DNA of 63,200 bases, counting the filler, from Stramenopiles sp. TOSAG23-3 (lineage: Eukaryota), in NCBI GenBank assembly GCA_900128585.1. It is 14 parts of 14 records of this genome, joined end to end, with 100 filler letters (N's around TTAATTAATTAA, not from the genome) between each part and the next. Parts side by side here need not be neighbours in the genome. Positions count along the whole stretch, not along the records: positions 22,710 to 27,140 come from LT643832.1; positions 27,241 to 31,655 come from LT643833.1; positions 31,756 to 36,166 come from LT643834.1; 11 more parts are not named here. The stretch is one strand, 5' to 3'. Of the stretch, positions 24,852 to 34,736 are shown piece after piece. The notes beneath the pieces are model-generated. The model had not been told where the DNA came from. It made no database searches and was given only the letters and a program-made list of their open reading frames with translations. Both the position numbers and the translations under genes were made by a program. The first letter of the stretch is position 1. Every line of letters starts with the position of its first letter.

Positions 24852-27140
24852 TCAGCCCATCAGGGCTTCCACGGCCTGGTTAACGTCACCTTCGAACGAG
24901 ACCAGGCACGCGAGGTTCTTTGCGTTGTCCGTCAACCCCATGGCCCCAAGCTGCTGGAGTTGGCGAGCGTACTTTTCTTCCGGTCTCATTTCGTGGTTCA
25001 TGTACGGGTTGCTCCGCCGCACCGGCACCTTTTTCCTACTGCCCTTGGACGACGATGGCTTTGCCTGGTTCCGCGCACTGCTAAACACGGAGTTCATGAC
25101 CCCCTGGGCGGTCCGCTGCAGCATCTGCGCCACCGGGCTCGTCTCGGCCTCGTTCCTGAGCTCAAAGGCGTCTTTCACCCGGAGGCCTTTCAGCCCATTC
25201 TTCCACAGGTAGTTGTCCAAGCGCTCGCAATCCTCCCATTCGACCGGCTCGCGGGACATGGGGTTGATGAACTGGTTCGCGCTGACCATGTAACTGGCCA
25301 AGGAAAACCCGTCCATGTAGTGCAAGTGCCCGTCCTTTCCCACCAGCTTGAACGGGGGGTAGACGAGCAAGGACAGGGGCTCCAAGGAGATCGGGTCCAC
25401 GTCCTGCAGCTCGGCCCACCACCGTTCGCCCTCCCGGGTTCCACGGCGCTGCTGCTCTTCGAGGTCATCCTCGTCCTCGCTGTCGCTGAGCAAAGCTTCC
25501 CACAGGTTGTCGTTGCTCGGCAAGTCGACCATTCGCTGGGTTGTGTACTTGACGGGGTTGCCTACTTTCTTGGCAGCCTTTCGCATCGCCCGACCCTCTC
25601 GCTCTAGCCCAAGGCGAAGCTTCTGCTGCTCCACCTCTCCATCGTCCGTCTCTTCCGACGAGCTGGAGCTGCCCTCGTCCGCCTCCTCGTCGCTGTCGAA
25701 CCACCCGTCTTTCGCGGGCTTTCCGCCCCGTGCCTTCGCCTCGATCTCCCTGCGCTCTTGCTCCATGCGCCGCAGCGCTGCCTCTTTCTTCCGCCTCTCT
25801 TTCTCCACGACCCGGGCGTGCTTTTCCGCCGCCTCCGCGATTCGAAGCTGTTTCGCCGCCCAGGAGATCGGCGCTGGCCACCACTGGCACGCCTTCCACG
25901 CGACGGGCCCGTTCTTCCCTTTCATCGCGAGGATCGTAGCGAAGGCCTTCTTGGCCCGCTTCGACGATGCAAACTCGACGACCACGTTGCTGTCGCCGTG
26001 CACCCAGTTCACGGTATACTCCGAGCGCCGGCAGTTTCGGGACAGCAGGTCATGCACCTGCTGCTGGGTAACCCGTGTGCCCCCAGGGCCGCGAAGGTTC
26101 CAGACCCCGACCCTCCCGGCGGTCACCTCCCAGTCCCGTGGGGGGCGGTCTTCCACGGCGACGCCGCGGCACAGGTCTTCCGAATACACCAGCACTGCCC
26201 GGGAAAGGGGCAGGTAGGGAATGCTCGGCTCCCCCGATTTGAAGACTTGGACCCGGCGGTTCGGGTGCGGGTCGACGGAAGACGTCGAAAACCCCCAGTG
26301 GTTCTGGCAGTAATCGTGCACAAATGCCCGCTGGCGCAGCGGCATTGGCGGCAGCGCGGGCTGCATGACTTTCACGCCTGCGCCCTGGTGCACGAACGAG
26401 CGCAGCGTCGACTCCAGCTGGCACAGCCACCGCTGCCCCATGGACCGGCCGACAGAAAGCGACCATGGCGAGTAGGGGCACAGGAAATTGCCGTACTGTT
26501 CGTCCGCGTACCCCGACCGCGGGGGTGCGGCCCCGCCGTAGTACGCCGCTCCAGGGGCCCCTGCGTCCTCGCTACGTGCGGAGAGCATCACCTCCCTCGG
26601 CCGGGCCTCCCCGAAGATATTCACTGGGGCACTGCTTGGCCGGGGCTCTGGCGCCGCCGCCCCCGAGCGCCCTTCTGGGAACAGGTCCTTCTCCTGCGTC
26701 GTGGGCGCCGCCGACCGTTTCTTCAGGTTGAGGCGCAACCGCGCCGGCCGCGCAAATATGGTGGGCCCTTTCCCGTCGTCCTCGGCGCCACCTTTCTTCA
26801 CCGAGTCCAAGCCCACCCCTCGCGCCCACATTCCGTCCTCTTTCGCTTTCGGGGTCGGGGTGGGCAAGGGGGCCGGGGCGGTCGTTCCCCACGCCGTCGT
26901 CGCGGTGGGGCGAGGGGGCGGCCCCGCCGCTGGCATCTCCGGAAACTCCGCCGCGCTTCTCATGATTGGAACCTGGCCCGCACCGGCCATGATTCCCCAC
27001 GTAGGGGCGGTCTCGGCGCCGTTTTCCGCCGGGCCTCCCATCGTGGGAAAGTCCCCTTGCAAGTCAAACGGTGCTGCCCGGATCCACGCGTCGTCGTCAA
27101 AGACGCGGACCCCGCCGCCGCCCGCTCCCGTCCCCCCCTG
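24852..27140 (-). CDS. Multidomain RNA/ubiquitin protein: eIF4B-like motifs, R3H, RRM-like, coiled coil, U-box-like, UBA (5' truncated)
   Basis: Frame open to contig edge; RLNLKKRS and NIFGEARPREV; LPPM...QRAFVH...WGF.T.S.D..PNR.V (NFX1-type R3H); DPISLEPL; LQQLGAMGLTD...GDVNQAVEAL (UBA). Confidence 0.7.
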   Translation of the reverse strand, partial: QGGTGAGGGGVRVFDDDAWIRAAPFDLQGDFPTMGGPAENGAETAPTWGIMAGAGQVPIMRSAAEFPEMPAAGPPPRPTATTAWGTTAPAPLPTPTPKAKEDGMWARGVGLDSVKKGGAEDDGKGPTIFARPARLRLNLKKRSAAPTTQEKDLFPEGRSGAAAPEPRPSSAPVNIFGEARPREVMLSARSEDAGAPGAAYYGGAAPPRSGYADEQYGNFLCPYSPWSLSVGRSMGQRWLCQLESTLRSFVHQGAGVKVMQPALPPMPLRQRAFVHDYCQNHWGFSTSSVDPHPNRRVQVFKSGEPSIPYLPLSRAVLVYSEDLCRGVAVEDRPPRDWEVTAGRVGVWNLRGPGGTRVTQQQVHDLLSRNCRRSEYTVNWVHGDSNVVVEFASSKRAKKAFATILAMKGKNGPVAWKACQWWPAPISWAAKQLRIAEAAEKHARVVEKERRKKEAALRRMEQERREIEAKARGGKPAKDGWFDSDEEADEGSSSSSEETDDGEVEQQKLRLGLEREGRAMRKAAKKVGNPVKYTTQRMVDLPSNDNLWEALLSDSEDEDDLEEQQRRGTREGERWWAELQDVDPISLEPLSLLVYPPFKLVGKDGHLHYMDGFSLASYMVSANQFINPMSREPVEWEDCERLDNYLWKNGLKGLRVKDAFELRNEAETSPVAQMLQRTAQGVMNSVFSSARNQAKPSSSKGSRKKVPVRRSNPYMNHEMRPEEKYARQLQQLGAMGLTDNAKNLACLVSFEGDVNQAVEALMG

Positions 27141-27247
27141 NNNNNNNNNNNNNNNNNNNNNNNNNNNNNNNNNNNNNNNNNNNNTTAATTAATTAANNNN
27201 NNNNNNNNNNNNNNNNNNNNNNNNNNNNNNNNNNNNNNNNCAATAAA

Positions 27248-28027
27248 ATGCAGACGAGCCAACTAGACACTTGCAGTAGGGGACTTTCCGCCTCTGAAGA
27301 CTCCAGTGACTACAGCGACACTAGCTCTGACGATTCAGAGAGAGAGGGGCATCAAAAAAAAGCTATATCAACCACAAAACTTAAAAAACATCTTGTCTGC
27401 ACTTTATGTTGTGGGTATTTTATTGACGCACAAACTAGTGTTGAGTGCTTACACACTTTTTGCCGACGATGTTTATTGCAAGCCGGGGCTAAGAAGCGTT
27501 GCCCTCTGTGTAAAATTAACTTGAAGCAAAAACAGCCGTTTAAATCAGATCGAACAATTCAGAGTATAGTCGATAAAATATTTCCTCACTTTGAAGAACA
27601 AGAAATTGCTGAAATCAATAAATTTTATCATAGCAGAAATATTAAACGGAAAGCAGAAAGGGATCATTCAAGAGAAGTGACAACGCAAAATTCCCACGGC
27701 CATGTTTTAAGAAAAAAAAGCTACACAAGGAGTAGAGGAGAAGGTAGTTGCTGGGGTGAAGAAGTTTGTTTTCAGTTAGTACCATGGAAGGGAGGTTTGG
27801 GCCCATTAAAAAAATCTTACTTGCGCACATCGGGGCAGCTGAGAACAATACATATAGTGAAATACATTGTAAAGAAATTAAATTTGGGGTGCAATTCAGA
27901 ACTGGAAATATTGTGTAATGGAGAAGTTGTGGGGAAAGAGCATAATTTAACGTTTTTGAAGCGTTCTCGTTGGCACCAAAACGAACATTTAACATTGCAC
28001 TACCGCTCCACAAAAAAGATTCTTTAG
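27248..28027 (+). CDS. Polycomb group RING finger protein (PCGF/BMI1-like, RING + RAWUL)
   Basis: CTLCCGYFIDA....ECLHTFCRRC, CPLC, DRTIQSIVDKIFP; C-terminal YLRTS...I.HI.KYI..KL, EILCNGEV, LTLHY. Confidence 0.9.
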   Translation: MQTSQLDTCSRGLSASEDSSDYSDTSSDDSEREGHQKKAISTTKLKKHLVCTLCCGYFIDAQTSVECLHTFCRRCLLQAGAKKRCPLCKINLKQKQPFKSDRTIQSIVDKIFPHFEEQEIAEINKFYHSRNIKRKAERDHSREVTTQNSHGHVLRKKSYTRSRGEGSCWGEEVCFQLVPWKGGLGPLKKSYLRTSGQLRTIHIVKYIVKKLNLGCNSELEILCNGEVVGKEHNLTFLKRSRWHQNEHLTLHYRSTKKIL

Positions 28028-28388
28028 GGGTGGATAAGTGCTACTTCTTTTAATGCCAGTCATTCCTTGTTTAGTGAACCAGGTGTCAACATAATTTATT
28101 TGAGACTGATCGTGCGAGGTGAGCTCTGGAAGTCCAATGTATTTCTTCTCCTCGGCTGGGCGTTCAACATCGCTCTTTTTCAGGCGGTGCGTGCTGGAGC
28201 GGTGCTTTCAATTTACTAGGTCTAATTCCTCTGCAAAGATGATGAAAGCGGGTGCGAGTGCAGAAAGACAGGATCTGAAGTCTTTGTTTGTCCTTATCGA
28301 GATATTTTCTGGTGTTGACCCAGGTCTGCTGGCTGTCTGTTGGGTTCAATCGAAATACCTAGGGATTCGATTCCGTCCAATCCCTTAT

Positions 28389-28501
28389 AAAACAAGAAAA
28401 TTGGCTGTTATTCAAGTAATTAAAATTAATGTACTGCGAACTGATGTCTACTGTTGTGATTTTAGTTAAAGATTAAATATACAAGAAAATTGGCTGTTAT
28501 T
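28389..28501 (-). repeat. Dispersed ~80-bp repeat, copy 1, with two AATAACAGCCAATTTTCTTGT units
   Basis: Reverse complement of 28389-28463 aligns with 48023-48152 on another contig. Confidence 0.85.
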
Positions 28502-28544
28502 ATAGTGTCGCTTATTCGTCCCTTAAAAACTTTTTTACTGTGCT

Positions 28545-29758
28545 CTATATTGGTGCTTTTATACCTCCGTTTTCTTTCATCCACAGCGCATATTTCATCC
28601 CTTGATATTGGAATCGGACTTGATCTTTGACCGGTCCTGTCCAAATAATACTATCCACTTTGTTATGAACCGCTTTAGGATGCACTACTTTTAAAACTTC
28701 AACCCATAATTCAATGTTTTTGTCTTCTTTCACATATTTTTTAATGAAATTGTAATATTGAGAGGAAACTTCATCTGCGTCAGCATGAAAGGTTGGATAG
28801 TGAATGCCTTCTGGGTGGTTGCTCAAATAAGACTTAAAGCGTATAGCGGACTGATAAAAGTGCCTTACCATTTTGTCTCTGGTATAGACATAGTTTATTT
28901 TTACCGCCTCGTCCTTATCAACTAGTTTTCCTAATTCTTCTTTCCGCTTAATTAAGTCAGGGTTATCTTTTTTAAATAGGTTTTTGGCAAAATAATAATA
29001 TGAACGTTCAGTGTCATTGCCTTTTTCCTCCGCGAAGACTTCTGCATAGTTTGGACGATGGATCCCTTCGTCGTGGTTTATTAGATACTTCGCCCACTTT
29101 TGTATGGTTGAGGCTTGCATTATCCCCTTCTTCACAATTTCACACTCAATCATATTTTTCAAAATTATTTACCAAATCCTTCAGGTGCATCCTTTCCTTT
29201 CTTCCATTCAAATTTTGGATTATCTTCGCAAAATTTATTAATTTTAACGAATCGTTTATTAATTTCTCTTTGTGATGGCTCTCTCAGTTTCATGATCAAT
29301 CCTGCCAATAAAGTCAAACCAGTCAATATAAATGCAAAATTAGTTGCTGTATTAATATCATCGGCATTATCCAAATGATTATCCCAATGATATTTCAATG
29401 ACAGACCACCTACTGTAGCAATTGAAAGAAACGGTGCTATTGGAGTTCCTGAAAACCATCCATAAAACCCACAAATAGTCATATAACTTGTGAGACTTGT
29501 AAATCCTAAAATAGGCAAAAGCTGATTGTCTGGATTAATGATGGATGAGAAAGCACCAGTAGCGGCTAGCGATAAAAATAATATCCCAAGTAAACCACCC
29601 ATAATTTGATCCATCTCGTATATAAATTTAACCCCGAAACTACCAAATGGATTACCAATATCAGAACATAAGTTTAATATTGTAAGACCAGTCATAAAGG
29701 TTCCAAGTGCACCCGACACAATTTTTACAGCAATTGGTATGAGCGACATTTTAGTCAT
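28545..29758 (-). pseudogene. AT-rich orphan gene (N-terminal multi-TM region + duplicated soluble domain), apparently split by a 1-nt frameshift at ~29165
   Basis: ORFs 29165..29758 and 28545..29162 are 2 nt apart; one extra A in GGTAAATAATTTTG fuses them (GFGK-IILKNMIE); internal repeat LINHDEGIHRPNY / LSNHPEGIHYPTF. Confidence 0.5.
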
Positions 29759-29799
29759 ATTTGAGCAAGTTTCGATAGAAAACTAATATAAGAATATCG

Positions 29800-31655
29800 C
29801 TGCCCTAGTCCTCATTCTCGCAGCCGGCTCGTCCTGCGACCCGGTTGACTGGCGCAACATCGGCTATGGATACAATCTACCGGTAAGCCGGCGCCGCCTA
29901 CAGCGAGACTTCAATAGGGCAGTCCTTGAGACAAAGGTGGGCTTCTTCCGCACGTTCACTCTAACCATGCAACAAAACGCGAATTCCCTCGGCGCATCCA
30001 CCACCCGCAAACTATGGGCGAAAGGAATCGTGCACCCCGAGTCAAAACTCCCCTTGCGATACCTAATGACGCACCACTCACCCTTCCAAGTCCTCGATGT
30101 CAGCCAGCTGGATAAGGACATAACCGAGTTTGGACAAAGTGCAGCAGGGGCTGTGCTCAACCAATCCACAGGACTATCCAACGAAGGCTTCACATGTGCG
30201 TTCACACACCGCATCACCGGGTCCTACAGATNNNNNTGCCCATGCCTCAAAAGGAACGGAGAACCCTGTAGTCGCCCCCTCAACGGATATGTACACTTTA
30301 TTGGATGCAAATCACGCGGCCTTCACTTCTACCCACACAACTGCATGGAGGACACTCTTTACGCGTGCTACAAAGATGCCCTGCGTACCAGGATAATCAG
30401 AGGCCAAGCATTCGCATGTTTAAATGAGGACAAACGCCCCAGGGCAATCGGGAACCTTGTCACATCCACCCCCGTACACATGGGCAGTACAACGATGAGC
30501 ACGCCGAATTCGATGAAGGAAACCAAGCAGATAGCCTTACAATTTATGGGGGTCACCTCCCCCGTGACTTATTCCCGATCAACAAGAGCGCCCAGGGGAC
30601 CAACCCCAACCAAAACCCGAACAGCCTGGAGAAACGAAAGAACGTATTCCACGCCCTTCTCAACATTTGCCGCGAACAGGACCTCCACGCCGAGCACTGG
30701 GATGTCCATTTCTGTCAGGGAAAATACACCCAGCTACAGACCAACGAACGAACCAAAGGTCTAAAATACATGCAAGCATGGAACGATTTCAGAGAAGACC
30801 AAGGAAACGCCGAAGCGCTGAATATCCTGAACCGCCTGAACCCTGCCAACAACGGCGCCCCCAAAATAGCACTCTCTGGGATGAGCCTCAGCGGAGCCTT
30901 CTCGAAGGGGGCCCAAGACCTCCTCAACCGTCTCGCGGAAATAAAGTTCCCCACCCCTCTCACCGGCGGAAGCCTCAGCTACCTAGCAGCCCGCCAGAGA
31001 TGGATGGATTGGCGGATGCGAATCTTCCAGCAGAACATCTTAAATGGGGTCGCCAAGTCTATAGCATCAGGGCTCCGGGTATTCCGTGCCTATATCCCAA
31101 CGGCCATGCCAATGGACTATGCCACCGAAGCAGTCAACATCGCGCCCTTTACCCGGCACCCCCAAATCCCGGCCCGAATCCCGGCCCGAATCCTGGCCCG
31201 AATCCCAGCCCGAATCCCGGCCCTGGACAGCTCGGACTCGGCCTCTGACGCAGAACCGCAATTCTCGGAGGACGAGCATTCCAGCAGCGATGACCCCGGT
31301 AGTGCCCTGACTATAATAGTGCTATCCTCCGGGGACGACACGGTCTCCGGGAATGACACCTTATTCCAGTCCTCATCACAATCCAGCAGTGAGCAACCCA
31401 GCATTGCCTCGACCCTAGTAGTGTCATCCTCGGATGAAGACACAGAGATACAATCCTCACCCCAATCATCAGAAGACGGGAACCGGAGCATTGGTGTATA
31501 CCGCAGGACAAGATTCCAACTGGCACTCCAACGAACCACACCCATCGCACCGCCGACCGAAAATGACACAAACGACCCTCCCCCGACACCCCAACTCACA
31601 AATGACAATCCCTTAACTGATTTACATAGCAGACAACGAGCACCTCTAAAACAAT
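29800..31655 (+). mobile_element. Degenerate, 5'-truncated non-LTR retrotransposon of RLE type (CRE-like): C-terminal Zn-knuckle and restriction-like endonuclease
   Basis: AGAVL...LSNEGFTCAFTHRI, CPC..C...HFIGC...HN; after a frameshift near 30449: REP...AD...WDV...ERTKGLKY...GAFSKGAQDLLNRLA...RW; abrupt shift to C/A-rich composition at ~29800. Confidence 0.6.
31165..31223 (+). repeat. 12-bp tandem repeat AATCCCGGCCCG x5
   Basis: Directly visible, two copies with single substitutions. Confidence 0.95.
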
Positions 31656-31846
31656 NNNNNNNNNNNNNNNNNNNNNNNNNNNNNNNNNNNNNNNNNNNNT
31701 TAATTAATTAANNNNNNNNNNNNNNNNNNNNNNNNNNNNNNNNNNNNNNNNNNNNACTGCCATTCTGCGGAGATTCCACCGGGTGAATATTTGGAAAAGA
31801 GCAGTTACGTTTAAAAAAATATTTTAATTTAGAAAAACGTATAAAA

Positions 31847-32035
31847 TTGCTGACATATTCTACTACCCTTCAAGCATGGCTTGGTCAAGAGACATGGAAA
31901 CGAGTTAACAATGAATCCTTCAGCGCAGTCCTAAGATACAGGATAAAGCTTCCAACCTTCGGGGAAACAGCATTGGAGATGGCGAGACGCATGGGTAAAT
32001 ATCAGTTCGTGCGACTCATGTGCACAGAGGGATGA
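31847..32035 (+). CDS. Short ORF or fragment ending in an ankyrin-like helix pair
   Basis: GETALEMARRMGKYQFVRLM; no good ATG start. Confidence 0.35.
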   Translation: MLTYSTTLQAWLGQETWKRVNNESFSAVLRYRIKLPTFGETALEMARRMGKYQFVRLMCTEG

Positions 32036-32061
32036 ATATGCACTACGGTTTGTCGTAAAAA

Positions 32062-32397
32062 TTATGTTAATAGATTGTATTTATACACTGGAATATTTTT
32101 CTTTATGGCTGTGCTCCATTTGTACTTTCTTATGCTTAAAAGACGTTTTCGATGAAACCTTAGCATTTGTCGAAGTACCGTCAAGTTAGCTTTTGCCCCT
32201 TTTTCTCCAGATTTCAACTTGATCACATAGTCGTATGGGAAGTGTTGCAGAATTTGATCCTTTAGCTGTTGAATCACTGTCCCCGCCTTTAATGCATCCA
32301 ATCTGGTTATCGCGGTTTCTGTATCGGAACTACTTTTGAAGTTAAATCCCTTGCACACCGCATCCAATAGTTCTAACTGTTGTTTTGTACACTTCAT
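32062..32397 (-). CDS. Small basic protein resembling hypothetical proteins of large DNA viruses
   Basis: 111 aa, ATG start, TATAAAT ~28 nt upstream; LTVLRQMLR....LLS..KY....Y recalls the ITILRQ.L...Y.L pattern of NCLDV hypotheticals (recalled, not searched). Confidence 0.5.
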   Translation of the reverse strand: MKCTKQQLELLDAVCKGFNFKSSSDTETAITRLDALKAGTVIQQLKDQILQHFPYDYVIKLKSGEKGAKANLTVLRQMLRFHRKRLLSIRKYKWSTAIKKNIPVYKYNLLT

Positions 32398-32450
32398 TTA
32401 TACCACGGGTCGTCTAGATTTATAGTCGGATTTTTCAAATTATTGATTCG

Positions 32451-32622
32451 TCAGTTGTATTTTTTAACGAATTCCTTACAAACCGTACTTCTTGGGTCCC
32501 AAAAGAGGTAGGAAGCATGAACCCTGTGGAATGGTATTAATGTTCGTTTCCCGTTATGGTCAAATCTGTAATAATTGTATCTACGCCGAGCTTCATTCCA
32601 AACAATCTCGTGCGGTTTTTCT
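32451..32622 (-). pseudogene. 3' fragment of a small aromatic-rich orphan gene
   Basis: Protein-like AEKPHEIVWNEARRRYNYYRFD...KKYN; its 5' part is replaced by opposite-strand Cys-rich sequence. Confidence 0.35.
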
Positions 32623-33189
32623 GCTGTATGTTCGTCTGGGTCTTCTAGTGATACCAGTGCATGCACAGCTTGTACTGATGGGACAGATTATACAAGTTCT
32701 GCCAACCAAGCCCAATGCACACCTGTCACGACATGTGGTACACAGGTAGGTGGTACCACAAGACTTACAGGTGCATCAACTACAGCAGCTGGTACATGCG
32801 ATGACTGTGCTGCTGGAACATACGCGGCAAATGCTGCTTCCCACTGTGCTACTCACACCTCGTGTGGTAACCAGGTAGATGGTACCACAAGACTTACAGG
32901 TGCATCAACTACAGCAGCTGGTACATGCGCTGACTGTGATGCTGGAACAGCAGCAGTATCAGGCTCAGCCTCTTGCTTTGTTTATACTCCAGGAAAAGAT
33001 TCGGGCACCTGCACAACACCACTGACGCAGGCGGAATGTGCAGCTGTTGCACTTGCTGTTGCAGGGACTACACCTACAACCGACAATGATTCCCCAGGGT
33101 GCTACATACACGGCGGCACCTACAAATTCTGTGCTTCTGGTTGCGCCACTGCGTGTTCTTCTGGGAAGCCTTGTGTTTGTAAAGGGTGA
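32622..33189 (+). CDS. Cys/Thr/Gly-rich TNFR-like repeat protein fragment
   Basis: C..C.AGTY motifs; near-identical copies at 32734-32820 and 32863-32949 (129-nt period); no ATG start or signal peptide. Confidence 0.55.
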
Positions 33190-33686
33190 GATGTTCTTTT
33201 TTGGACGGCTAGTTTTGTTGTTGTTGTGCGGCTATGTTTTATTTTGGTTATGAATTTCAGACGGTACACTATGTTTACGGCCCGCTCAATTCGTTCTGCC
33301 GATGTAAATTGGGCCAGCTTGAAAATGCCGGATATTTTGTAAGATACCTCAATCTTGTCGATTCAACATCGATCAGTTATGGTCGCAAAGAATCTAGATT
33401 GGAAAAAGTCGAGCAAGAAATGTCAGCACTAATAATCACAACGATTAAAGATAGGAAATTCAACTCGAAAAAGTTAAACACAAAGTTGCACAATGTAAAT
33501 AGCAGGCAAAATAACAAAAAAAGGAAGAAAAACGACATGTTGAGTTTTTTTTTTTCTTTCTTCACTGTCCGATTAAAATGACTTCTACTCTAATTACTAT
33601 TAAAAATTATTGTAAACGATGAAAAATTACCAAATATCACTCCCTCCCTCCTTCCCCAGTCCTAAAAGCTATGTAATTCCAACTAA

Positions 33687-34736
33687 TCAATCACCTTTTC
33701 TCAAGCTTCCAGCAAGGAAGAGTTTGCTAAATCCTTGTCCAGTAAAGTTGTTGATCTGGTCGCAGTATTCTTCGATTTGGCTCCCGATCAACAAAGCCTT
33801 GAGGCGGTTGGGGGCCTTGGGGAAGGTCCAGGTCGGGTCGTCCTCCGGCTGCAATGGCTTCCCTTCCGCTTCCCGCAACTCGTTCTCCAGCTTCTTCTTG
33901 GCCACCATGCGCTTGTAGGCATCCTTCGAGTTCTGCAGCTTCTTCTGCGCGTCCGCGATGTAAAGCTGTTCGTTTCCTAGCTTGTCGACGGATTCTATCA
34001 AGAACTCCAAGTTCTTCTCCAGGAACGGGTTGGTCGACAGGTCGAAGCGGTCAAAGTCCGTGTCGATCTGGTCCGGCATGTCCGCCTGAAGGTCTAGCAG
34101 GAAGGACTGGATCATTCCGCTGTTGGTCACAACGATGGGGATCTCGGAGAAGATCTCGCTCTCGCCCTTTTCATTTACAGTGCTCTGGCGGAACTTTCGG
34201 TTCTTGTAATCCTCGATGAAGTCGTCCCGCAAGCGGTACGCCTTCAGGGAGAGCTGGCCCGCGGTGTTCTTGTATGGGTCGTAGACGAAGAGGACGCTCA
34301 TGGGCAAGGTGGTCTGGTAGGACACCATCTCCCGGACGAGCTTGTCGTCGATGAAGGAGCCTAGGTGGGAGGCCCTGTACCACCCGACACAGTTGTTGTC
34401 CACGTTCACCTTGGCCAGCAGGCGCATCATCTCCATCTGGTACGCCTCCCCGTACAACATGCCTTCCGCGTCCGCCTGGGCGGCCTGTTCCTTCGACACG
34501 CTCGGGGTCCCAAAACTATGCGTCACTTCTAATTTCCCGTCGTCGTGCCCCAGCCCTAGGAGGCACCCCGTCGATAGGGCCGGCAAGCCATTGATGCAGT
34601 TTTGTATGATTTGCAATACTACCAACCCGTCCACGACTACTTCTTTCACTGGGTCCGTTAGTTTCGGAAGCCCAGCGTACGGGTCCGACGCTTCTGCGTT
34701 CTGCTGGTCCCCACCCGCGGTCGCTATCGATGCCAT
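33687..34736 (-). CDS. EIF3H: Translation initiation factor 3 subunit H
   Basis: MPN domain: VDGLVVLQII, G.LLGL, LEVTHSF, YQMEMMR.L..VNVDNNCVGWY, YDP, LSLKAYRL, IF.EIPI; ends KLFLA; ATG at 34736. Confidence 0.95.
   Translation of the reverse strand: MASIATAGGDQQNAEASDPYAGLPKLTDPVKEVVVDGLVVLQIIQNCINGLPALSTGCLLGLGHDDGKLEVTHSFGTPSVSKEQAAQADAEGMLYGEAYQMEMMRLLAKVNVDNNCVGWYRASHLGSFIDDKLVREMVSYQTTLPMSVLFVYDPYKNTAGQLSLKAYRLRDDFIEDYKNRKFRQSTVNEKGESEIFSEIPIVVTNSGMIQSFLLDLQADMPDQIDTDFDRFDLSTNPFLEKNLEFLIESVDKLGNEQLYIADAQKKLQNSKDAYKRMVAKKKLENELREAEGKPLQPEDDPTWTFPKAPNRLKALLIGSQIEEYCDQINNFTGQGFSKLFLAGSLRKGD

Noticed and set aside
25758..27188. Long antisense/overlapping ORFs (also 10146..11237, 19356..20468, 52748..54106, 46771..47628)
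   Set aside because: Shadow frames of GC-rich real genes; no protein motifs
28233..28287. Box C/D snoRNA (ATGATGA...CTGA with terminal stem)
   Set aside because: Only 29 nt between boxes, non-canonical stem geometry, no recognisable rRNA guide
28360..28385. tRNA T-arm-like GGATTCGATTCC
   Set aside because: No cloverleaf can be built; only a small hairpin AGGGATT/AATCCCT
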